Shown here: piece after piece, positions 49,890 to 57,738 of the stretch
How positions within the stretch are numbered: position 1 is the stretch's first letter
Layout: each line of letters opens with the position of its first letter
Origin: Candidatus Heimdallarchaeum aukensis
GTDB lineage: Archaea > Asgardarchaeota > Heimdallarchaeia > Heimdallarchaeales > Heimdallarchaeaceae
Assembly: GCA_021513695.1 (NCBI GenBank)
Contig: CP084166.1
Coordinates: 320,001 to 384,000, forward strand
Direction: 5' to 3'
DNA: 64,000 nt
Program-made: the position numbers and the translations under genes
The notes under the pieces: generated by a model
Seen by the model: only the letters and a program-made list of their open reading frames with translations
What the model was told of the DNA's origin: nothing
Database searches by the model: none

Positions 49890-50954
49890 TTATTTTTTTA
49901 TTACCTTTTTTAATTGATCAAGAGTTAAAACTCCTTCACTAGTGATATAACCCTTTATTAGCTCTGCTGGAGTGATGTCAAAAGCATAATTTAATACTGG
50001 AGATTTTTCATTAGAAATAAGAATTCTTTTCTCCATTGATGTTACAAACTTTACTTCTTCTTCGTCTCTTTCTTCAATAACTATATCACTAGCTTTTCTT
50101 CCTGATAAGTCAATTGTGGACCACGGTAAAGCTACAAAGAAATCTATTCCAAAATATTTTGCTGAAATAGCTAAAGATAATGTACCTATTTTATTAGCAA
50201 TTGTCCCATCTTGTAAACATCTATCAGCTCCAACGATTATCTTATCAATTTCTCCTTTTGACATAAGAAAAGCTGCAGAATTATCAGTAATAATTGAATG
50301 TTCAATTCCTGCTTCATAAAGTTCCCAAGCAGTTATTCTAGCTCCTTGAAGTCTTGGACGAGTTTCATCTACAATCACTCTTACTTTTTTATTTTTGGAA
50401 TGAGCAACATAAATAGGTGCTAGAGCAGTGCCATAATCCACTGTGGCAGGAGCTCCTGCATTACAATGAGTTAAGATTGTATCTCCATTCTTAATTATTT
50501 TTTCTCCTTGTATTCCAATATTTTTACATTCATCTATTACTTTTTCTCTTAAAGAATGAGCTTTGTTCAAAACATTTTCTACTGATAAATTTGTATTTAT
50601 TGCTTCTTCTAGAATTATTCGTGCAAAATTTTCTAAATCTACTGCTGTAGGACGGGAAGAAATTAAAGTGCTGTAACTTGCTTTAAGAAATTCTATCTGT
50701 TTTTCTTGTCGCTTGAATTTACTTAATGCTTGAATTGCAGCAAATACCATACCATAAGCAGCAGTAACACCTATTGCTGGAGCTCCTCTGACTACCATGT
50801 TTTTAATAGCTTCGCTAACATCTTTCACACTATGGTATTCATTGAATTTTACATCCCAAGGTAATAACCTTTGATCTAGTAAGACCAATGAATTATTTTG
50901 ACTATTCCAAAAAACACTTGTCACATTTTTCAACTTTCTACTCTTTATCTGCAT
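49890..50954 (-). CDS. mtnA: eIF-2B alpha/beta/delta-family isomerase (MtnA-like methylthioribose-1-phosphate isomerase / aIF-2BI)
   Basis: LVLLDQRLLPWDVKF...AIKNMVVRGAPAIGVTAAYGMV and THCNAGAPATVDYGTALAPIYVA match MtnA/aIF-2B-like family; ORF track start 50993 lies in A-rich spacer, MQIKS start at 50954 more plausible. Confidence 0.7.
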   Translation of the reverse strand: MQIKSRKLKNVTSVFWNSQNNSLVLLDQRLLPWDVKFNEYHSVKDVSEAIKNMVVRGAPAIGVTAAYGMVFAAIQALSKFKRQEKQIEFLKASYSTLISSRPTAVDLENFARIILEEAINTNLSVENVLNKAHSLREKVIDECKNIGIQGEKIIKNGDTILTHCNAGAPATVDYGTALAPIYVAHSKNKKVRVIVDETRPRLQGARITAWELYEAGIEHSIITDNSAAFLMSKGEIDKIIVGADRCLQDGTIANKIGTLSLAISAKYFGIDFFVALPWSTIDLSGRKASDIVIEERDEEEVKFVTSMEKRILISNEKSPVLNYAFDITPAELIKGYITSEGVLTLDQLKKVIKK

Positions 50955-51005
50955 ACTTAGAAAAAAGAAAGAAAGCAATAAAAATCTATGCAAAAAAAAT
51001 CGGAA

Positions 51006-51869
51006 TTATTTTTCTCTTTCTTTAATATATTCTCTTAAAGCTTGAACTACGGGTAAAGAGTGAGTGTTTTTATTGTTTCCTAAATTTTTATAGGTTGAAT
51101 TCTTTATTAATTTGGCTATTTCTTTAGTTATTTTCGCATCATGCATTTTATCTGCTTCTGCAGCTATTAATAGAACTTCACTTTTTACATTAGCATAAGT
51201 ATCCCACCATTTAGGAAGAGCTAAAGGTTTGCCAAATTTTTTCCATTTTCTACCTTGAGCTTCATTTAAGACTCTGATATACTTTGCTGCTTGCTCTGGT
51301 GATTCAGATTTTGCTCTTTTAATCCAAATTTTAAGAAGAGGTTTTAAAACATTAAAACTCCAGAAAGGGACAATTGGCACAATATATCTCGTTAAAGGAG
51401 GTAAATCAAATCTTGCAGGAGGAGCAATCAAGACAGAAAATAATGGGTTATATTTGTTATTAGCTAATCCATGTGCAATTACAGTAGCACCAAAACAAGA
51501 GCCAAAAAGGATAGTTTTGTTTTGATCAAGTTCTTTAAGATTAATGATCTCTTTTAGATCATCACTCATTCTATCCATTCCTGTCTGAGACTTCTTTGGA
51601 ATGATACTAGACCCTTTTTCTCTGCTTTCTATGTATAAAACATTAAAGTCTTTACTGAGTTCCATTAAAACTTCATCCCAACCTAAGACTACAGAACCCC
51701 ATCCAGCAAAAAGAACTATATTGTAAGTTTTTTCTGTTTCATTGTCAACTTTAGTAGATAGAACTCTTAATTGGGCTCCGTCTGACATTGTTAGGTATTC
51801 TTCTGTTGCGAATTTCTCATATTCTGCTTGTTGTAGCTCCAGAAAATTTTTCACACTTTCAGCTGCCAT
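51006..51869 (-). CDS. alpha/beta-hydrolase-like protein with Cys in nucleophile elbow (paralog A)
   Basis: VLFAGWGS oxyanion-like strand, elbow ILFGSCFGATVIAHG, conserved KPLLKIWIK and DKMH; paralogous to 62349..63278 and 63445..64000; 12 nt upstream of mtnA-like gene. Confidence 0.5.
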   Translation of the reverse strand: MAAESVKNFLELQQAEYEKFATEEYLTMSDGAQLRVLSTKVDNETEKTYNIVLFAGWGSVVLGWDEVLMELSKDFNVLYIESREKGSSIIPKKSQTGMDRMSDDLKEIINLKELDQNKTILFGSCFGATVIAHGLANNKYNPLFSVLIAPPARFDLPPLTRYIVPIVPFWSFNVLKPLLKIWIKRAKSESPEQAAKYIRVLNEAQGRKWKKFGKPLALPKWWDTYANVKSEVLLIAAEADKMHDAKITKEIAKLIKNSTYKNLGNNKNTHSLPVVQALREYIKEREK

Positions 51870-51955
51870 TGTTTTAAAAAAAAATAGCTTATTTAAAAAA
51901 GTAACTAAAATTCAAAAAAGAAATAAATAGGAAAAATGCAAGAAATAGTACTCGA

Positions 51956-52675
51956 TTAATTAGGAAGAAAAAGATTAGCAATCCAAATATAAATCAAAAC
52001 AAAAGAAATTGAAAACCAAATAATAATTCTAAACCAATTTTCTTTTCTAAATTCAACCTTTTTATAATGTGATCTTTTAGATAATCCAAAACCCTTGAAA
52101 TATAAAGCTTGAGCCAAAAATTCAGAACGATAAAGAACAGAGGCTATAAAAATAGCTAGAATTTTAGGTAACCATTTGAAAATTGTTCCCTTTGTTTCTC
52201 TTAATCTTATTGTTTCAAAAGTTTCTTCTGCGTCTTTAATTATTCGTGGAGAAAGAGTTAACACTAAAGAAGGAAGTAAAGCAATCTTAGAGGGAAAATG
52301 TAAATTTTCTAGTGCTCTTGTTAATTCTGAAGGATTAGTTTTGGAAAAAAAGAAAACAAAACTTAATCCCCCATTTAGAATTCTAGTTATTGTTAAAATA
52401 CTGAAATACAATCCTGAAAAAATATAGGTCATTCCTCCTAAAAGAATTAATAGAGGAAATATAGCAATAATAATATTAAAAGCGCCGATACTATTTCCAA
52501 AAATGATGTTTTCGAACACGATTATTGCCAACATTATTACTTGAACAGCAATATTTGAAGAGAAAACGAATGAAAACTGAATTATTAAAATAATTATGCT
52601 TAGTATAGGGTTGAATATAATACCTTCAGATTGAAAAATTATTCCGCTGTAAATTCTGTTTAATAAGTAAGACAT
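51956..52675 (-). CDS. ecfT: ECF transporter transmembrane (T) component EcfT/CbiQ
   Basis: ~240 aa, 5-6 TM, CbiQ-like, immediately downstream of fused ECF ATPase. Confidence 0.65.
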   Translation of the reverse strand: MSYLLNRIYSGIIFQSEGIIFNPILSIIILIIQFSFVFSSNIAVQVIMLAIIVFENIIFGNSIGAFNIIIAIFPLLILLGGMTYIFSGLYFSILTITRILNGGLSFVFFFSKTNPSELTRALENLHFPSKIALLPSLVLTLSPRIIKDAEETFETIRLRETKGTIFKWLPKILAIFIASVLYRSEFLAQALYFKGFGLSKRSHYKKVEFRKENWFRIIIWFSISFVLIYIWIANLFLPN

Positions 52676-54337
52676 CTAGTTTCCTCCTTGATCAAAAACC
52701 CCATTAAGAGCTAATTCTGAAATTTCTTCAACAGTAATGATATGGGGAAGTTCAGCTTTGAAACTTTCTTCTAATTCTAAAATAAACCTAACTAACTGAT
52801 TAGGAACGAGTTTTGTTTTTTTCTCTAATTCGTATAAAATTTTCTGTGGAGTTCCCTTTAGTGCGATTTTTCTCTCTTCAATTACAACTAATTTATCAAA
52901 AAAAGGTAGAATACGTTGATCGTTTGTAGCAATAATTACAATCTTTCCTTCTTTTTTAGCTCTTTCAATACAAGTGTATAATAGATTTCTCCCTTCTTCG
53001 TCTAATCCAATTGTAGGTTCATCCAGAAGGATGAATCGTTTGTCAGATAGAAAAGCTGTATATATTGCCAGTATTCTTCTTTCTCCTTCACTCATATGAT
53101 AAAGCTTTCTAGAGATTAAGTGCCAAAAACCGAATTTAGATAACTCTTCTTTAACAATATCCAAATCTACTTTTGTTTTCTTTATATCATCTAGAGGAGT
53201 AGGGCCCATTAAAAATAATTTAGCATTTTCAGGAACATAAGCTACATACTTACTTGTGTGTCTTAAACCCTTTATCTTGTTTCCAAATAGGAGTACTTTA
53301 CCTTTATTTGGTTTGAGAATACCAGAAATCAACCGAAGTAGAGTACTCTTCCCACTTCCATTTATTCCGAGCAACCCTATAATGTTTCCAGGATAGATTT
53401 CGAAATTTATATTTTCCAAAATAGGTCTCCTGTTATACCTAAACGAAACATCTTCAACGTTTAGAACGATTTCATGTTTATCTTTTTTTAATTCTTCTTT
53501 CTTCTCTTGAAATCTATTTTTTAGCTTTAGAATCTTCTCCACTAGTTCTTTTTTCCCTTCTTCTTTTTCTAAACTTTGTTCAACTTTAAGCTTTTCTGCA
53601 AGCAAATAAATTTCTGGTAAGTCAACTCCAGTTAGTTCAGATATTAATTCATGTGATTTTCCTGATTTAATAATTGTCCCATTCTCTATGAAATATATCT
53701 TATCTGCTAAAGAAAACAAATAATCTAATCTATGCTCAAAAACTATAACAAGATGGCCCTTTTCTGCTAGTTTCTTTAATGTTTCTGCAATTTTTATCTC
53801 TGAAGCGGGGTCTATTCTAGCCATTGGCTCATCCAATACTAGAATTTTGGGATAGCAAATTAAAGATAAACAGAGTTCAACTCTTTGAATTTCTCCAGAA
53901 CTAAGTTCAGTCATTATTCTATTTTTTAGATGATCAACTTCTGTGACTTTTACAGTTTCTGAAATTCTTTCGTGAATGATTTCACGCGGAAAAGATAGAT
54001 TTTCCAAAGGAAAAGCTATTTCTTCTTCTACAAGCATGTTAGTTATAAAATCTGAAGGATACTGTGGAATGTAGCCTACAGTTCTGATAAGTTCAAATCT
54101 TGTTAAATTTTCAGTTGGTACTCCATTAATTAGTATTTTTCCTTTAATTTCTGCAGGAATAAACTTAGGAATCAGACCCAAAATAGCTTGTGCAAGAGTG
54201 CTCTTTCCACTTCCACTTTTACCAGCGAAAACAACAAGCTGTCCCTTCTCTAAACTAAAACTAATATTTTTAAGATTCCACTTGCTACTTGTTTTATATT
54301 TAACTGAAAGATTTTCTAACTCTAGCACTCGCACCAA
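52676..54337 (-). CDS. ecfA: ECF transporter fused tandem ATPase (EcfA-EcfA')
   Basis: Two ABC modules: Walker A GKSGSGKST and GINGSGKST, signatures LSSGEIQRV and MSEGERRIL, Walker B ILVLDEP / ILLDEP. ORF track start 54457 overlaps S-component by 80 nt through a T-rich stretch; TTG/GTG start near 54337 (..VRVLELENLSVKY) more plausible. Confidence 0.75.
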   Translation of the reverse strand: MVRVLELENLSVKYKTSSKWNLKNISFSLEKGQLVVFAGKSGSGKSTLAQAILGLIPKFIPAEIKGKILINGVPTENLTRFELIRTVGYIPQYPSDFITNMLVEEEIAFPLENLSFPREIIHERISETVKVTEVDHLKNRIMTELSSGEIQRVELCLSLICYPKILVLDEPMARIDPASEIKIAETLKKLAEKGHLVIVFEHRLDYLFSLADKIYFIENGTIIKSGKSHELISELTGVDLPEIYLLAEKLKVEQSLEKEEGKKELVEKILKLKNRFQEKKEELKKDKHEIVLNVEDVSFRYNRRPILENINFEIYPGNIIGLLGINGSGKSTLLRLISGILKPNKGKVLLFGNKIKGLRHTSKYVAYVPENAKLFLMGPTPLDDIKKTKVDLDIVKEELSKFGFWHLISRKLYHMSEGERRILAIYTAFLSDKRFILLDEPTIGLDEEGRNLLYTCIERAKKEGKIVIIATNDQRILPFFDKLVVIEERKIALKGTPQKILYELEKKTKLVPNQLVRFILELEESFKAELPHIITVEEISELALNGVFDQGGN

Positions 54338-54377
54338 CCCAATAAATAAAGAAAGAAAAAAAAAGATTTGTATAGGG

Positions 54378-55145
54378 CTAGATTTCGTCTTCTTCATTTG
54401 AGAGGAAGCCAATTTTATGTAGGTAAGAAACAATTGGAATTGCAATTGCTGTTCCAAAAACTACTTGTCCAAAGTTAAATGGGATCTCTACTAAAGCAGC
54501 GCCTATACCAAAAAGTAACCACTCATAAAGGAAATAACCTACAACGATGATTAATCCACCAGAAACGCAAGAAATAATCATCTTTCCTTTCTCTCCCCAC
54601 AATAGGGTTGAAACCCAGATGAGGGTTATTAACAGTAAAGAAATAATTAATATTACATATCCAGGAAATGTAAAAGTTAATTCCAGTCCTCCAAGTCCAA
54701 GAAGAGAAAGACCTCCCTCGATATTATTGTTAAACAACAATGCGGATGCAGTTATCATAAGAGCTGAAATTATAGAAACAAATGTTATCTGAATCTTTTT
54801 TGAAAATTTGCGTAAGAGCATAAATAGTAACCCAACAGTAAAACCTTCAGCTGATTTTAAAACGAATGTTGCCGGAGCAAAGATAGCATATCCTAAAACT
54901 ATATCCGCAAGAGCAGCTCCTACTCCTCCAGCGATCATCCCTACTATGGGCCCACCTACTAATGCTGCTACGTAGATAAATGCTTCTCCTAAATTAAAAA
55001 AACCTTCAGAAGTTAATGCTAAATAGAAAATAGATGTTGCTAGAAATACTAATGTTGTAAAAGAAGCTGTTGTTGCTAACCCTCTTAAACTCGCTATTTC
55101 TGCAAAATCTTTTTTTATTGAATACCTCTCTATCATTTTTATCAC
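54378..55145 (-). CDS. ECF transporter substrate-specific (S) component
   Basis: 255 aa small multi-TM protein with Gly-rich helices (GGPIVGMIAGGVGAALADI) directly upstream of ecfAA'-ecfT; substrate unknown. Confidence 0.5.
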   Translation of the reverse strand: MIKMIERYSIKKDFAEIASLRGLATTASFTTLVFLATSIFYLALTSEGFFNLGEAFIYVAALVGGPIVGMIAGGVGAALADIVLGYAIFAPATFVLKSAEGFTVGLLFMLLRKFSKKIQITFVSIISALMITASALLFNNNIEGGLSLLGLGGLELTFTFPGYVILIISLLLITLIWVSTLLWGEKGKMIISCVSGGLIIVVGYFLYEWLLFGIGAALVEIPFNFGQVVFGTAIAIPIVSYLHKIGFLSNEEDEI

Positions 55146-55227
55146 TATTCAAGTTTCAACTTTAATATTCAAGATTCAACTTGTATACTCCTTTAAAAAA
55201 TTTGTGGTATATCGTTAATGAGAAAAA
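55146..55227. repeat. imperfect 16-nt direct repeat in ECF operon leader
   Basis: ATTCAAGTTTCAACTT (55147-55162) and ATTCAAGATTCAACTT (55167-55182), spaced 20 nt, between panB stop and ECF S-component start. Confidence 0.4.
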
Positions 55228-56031
55228 CTAATCATATCGTTGTTTTTCAGTAGGAAAAGAGCCACTTTTCACTTCTTCATGATATTTTTTTACAGCATTA
55301 GAAATTATTTCCTTGATGTCAACATATTGCTTAATAAACTTGGGTTTAACTTGAAAATTCAACCCTAAAATATCATCAATTACTAAAACTTGACCGTCAC
55401 AATATTCTCCTGCTCCAATTCCAATAGTAGGTATGGTTAAACTTTCAGTTATTTTCTTTGCAAGTTTCCATGGAATGGATTCCAAAACTATAGCAAAAAC
55501 TCCGGCTTCTTCTAGTAGTTGTGCATCTTCAAGAAGAATCTGTGCTTGTTTTTCTTCTCTTCCTTGAACTTTGAATCCACCAAAAATATTAACATACGTA
55601 GGAGTAAGTCCAATATGTCCTAACACAGGGATACCAATTCGAATAATTTTTTTAATATCTTCAATTCTTTCCCTTCCCCCTTCAAGTTTTACTGCTTCTG
55701 CATTTCCCTCTTTAACTAGTTTATGGGCATTTCTAGCTGTTTCAGAGGGATTAATACCATATGTTCCAAAAGGGAGATCTCCAATCAGTAAAGCTCTATT
55801 TACTGCTCTTGATACAGCTTGAGTGAGCATAATAGTATTTTCTAAAGTTACTTTCAAGGTGTTATTATGACCTAAAATTGTCATTCCTAGCGAATCTCCA
55901 ACAAGAATAGAATCAATTCCTGCATCATCAACAATTTTAGCTATTGGATATGTATAAGATGTAAGCATAGTTATCTTTTCTTTGTCTTCTTTCATTCTCT
56001 GAAAATCTTTTACTGTAACTTTATCTTGCAT
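55228..56031 (-). CDS. panB: 3-methyl-2-oxobutanoate hydroxymethyltransferase (ketopantoate hydroxymethyltransferase)
   Basis: KITMLTSYTYPIAKIVDDAGIDSILVGDSLGMTILGHNNTLKVTLENTIMLTQAVSRA collinear with PanB core; ~267 aa. Confidence 0.8.
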   Translation of the reverse strand: MQDKVTVKDFQRMKEDKEKITMLTSYTYPIAKIVDDAGIDSILVGDSLGMTILGHNNTLKVTLENTIMLTQAVSRAVNRALLIGDLPFGTYGINPSETARNAHKLVKEGNAEAVKLEGGRERIEDIKKIIRIGIPVLGHIGLTPTYVNIFGGFKVQGREEKQAQILLEDAQLLEEAGVFAIVLESIPWKLAKKITESLTIPTIGIGAGEYCDGQVLVIDDILGLNFQVKPKFIKQYVDIKEIISNAVKKYHEEVKSGSFPTEKQRYD

Positions 56032-56100
56032 TATTATCAGTCTACGATTTGAATTCTACTATAAATTTTTTCGCTGTATCGAGAAATTTATAGAAAAAAA

Positions 56101-56817
56101 CTATTGTCTCTCTTTACTAAGAAGTAGATAGTTTATTATCATTAGAAACAAAGCAAAAGCTTGATATCCAAGGATATAAGGTAAAATAATAAAATCCTCT
56201 GCAATGATTATTCCAGTAGTAAAAAGAGCCATTGCTAAAATCAAAAATAGAAAAAACCACAGAATGATATTTCTATTTTCTTTCTTTAAACCCATTGCTA
56301 TCCAAAGCATGAGAAAAGAAAGAATAAAGGGTTGGTAAAAACCATTAATTGGCGAAATGGCTAAACTAGGAGCAAAGATAGCAACTAAATAAAAAAGAGA
56401 ACTAAAGAAGAATAAAAGAATAAGAGAGAGTTTTCTTACAATTCTAGGATAGGTATTTAGTTTTTTTTTCCAATTGACTTTTCTTGAAAATTTGTGAATT
56501 ATCTTGTTACTATCCTTAAAAAAACTGTATTTTTCTATGTTATTCATTTTTAAATTATTAATTATAGACAAAATTAAAGGAAGAATAAAAAGAGTGTAAG
56601 GTACATAAATAAGATAAGGGAACCAGTAAATCGCTGGGTCTTTTATTTCTTGGTCAACAGTATCCAAGTGAGATAACACATAACCAGATTGAACAATTGT
56701 ACCAATGGTTATTAATATTAAACTCACAAACATAAAGTAAAGCAAGCTTATCCATATTTTATAACGTTGTTCAGTGAAGAGAACTTTTATTCCAGACCTT
56801 TTTCTTTCCAGATTCAT
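56101..56817 (-). CDS. hypothetical polytopic membrane protein
   Basis: ~7 TM helices, no family recognised; located between PPS and panB. Confidence 0.35.
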   Translation of the reverse strand: MNLERKRSGIKVLFTEQRYKIWISLLYFMFVSLILITIGTIVQSGYVLSHLDTVDQEIKDPAIYWFPYLIYVPYTLFILPLILSIINNLKMNNIEKYSFFKDSNKIIHKFSRKVNWKKKLNTYPRIVRKLSLILLFFFSSLFYLVAIFAPSLAISPINGFYQPFILSFLMLWIAMGLKKENRNIILWFFLFLILAMALFTTGIIIAEDFIILPYILGYQAFALFLMIINYLLLSKERQ

Positions 56818-56861
56818 TATTTTACTTTACTTTTTTAAATATATATAGTTTCTTAATTTTT

Positions 56862-57647
56862 TTACTTTGAATCTTTGAATTTTTTTAATTTCTCAGCATC
56901 GAAACTCTTTAATCTTTCACTTATAAAAGTAAGCGATGTGTGTAATGAATCAAAATTTTCAAAATTGCTGATTATTTCTTGAAGATTTAGAGAATCTTCT
57001 TTTTTCATCTCTTGAGCCATTTTTATCATTTCAGGAATTGCTCTAATCACATTATTTACAATAGTTATATTTGACCATAAAGAAGTGCGAGAAAGAGGAT
57101 TTAGATCAATACTTATTACAGTTTTACTTAACTTTCTTAGAGCCATGGTTCTATCTCCATCTTCCAATGGTACCATTACAACATCAGCAGAAAAGATACC
57201 TCTTTTATCTACAATTCTTCTTAAATGTGAAAGTTCTTTTATTTCTGTTTGATAATTAGGATCTAAACCGTATATTTTTTCTGCACCGTTTTCTCTTAAT
57301 ACTTTTTCTAACGCTTTCATCCTTTTTTCGCTGCGATAGAATAAATTAACCTCTAACTTTGAATTTGTTTCTTCTGCTAGTTTTATTATTTCTCTTGGAC
57401 ATAAAGCTGCGACATTTCCATTAACGCTAATAACAGGATTTTTCGCTAAAAGAAGGCTTGCGACTGCAGCTTTTTCCTGTTCTAAAGCAAAAGAAGGAGT
57501 TTTTTCTCCTATTAAGTAATCAAATGCTTCTCCTCTACCATGTGCAATTAATCCAGCTTCTGCGACAATGTTAGAGTGCATTCCATCAATAATTAATTCT
57601 CTGACTCTAAGTGATTCTGCTCTCGGATGATCTTCAGGAATCTTCAT
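56862..57647 (-). CDS. 4-phosphopantoate--beta-alanine ligase (archaeal phosphopantothenate synthetase, PPS)
   Basis: Near full-length collinearity with archaeal PPS (COG1701): AGLIAHGRGEAFDYLIGE, NPVISVNGNVAAL, VVMVPLEDGDRT, ISIDLNPLSRT. Confidence 0.85.
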   Translation of the reverse strand: MKIPEDHPRAESLRVRELIIDGMHSNIVAEAGLIAHGRGEAFDYLIGEKTPSFALEQEKAAVASLLLAKNPVISVNGNVAALCPREIIKLAEETNSKLEVNLFYRSEKRMKALEKVLRENGAEKIYGLDPNYQTEIKELSHLRRIVDKRGIFSADVVMVPLEDGDRTMALRKLSKTVISIDLNPLSRTSLWSNITIVNNVIRAIPEMIKMAQEMKKEDSLNLQEIISNFENFDSLHTSLTFISERLKSFDAEKLKKFKDSK

Positions 57648-57738
57648 TAAAATAAGGACTTTTTTTCATATTTATATTGATTTAGATAAAATAAGAAAAT
57701 AGAAAAAGAAAATAAAAAGAAAATAAAAAAAGGAGAAT

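Noticed and set aside
54337-54457. N-terminal 40-aa extension of the ECF ATPase containing a hydrophobic stretch and overlapping the S-component by 80 nt
   Set aside because: Encoded by a T-rich spacer (TTTTTTTTTCTTTCTTTATTTATT); ABC domain begins at LELENLSVKY, so a TTG/GTG start near 54337 is more plausible
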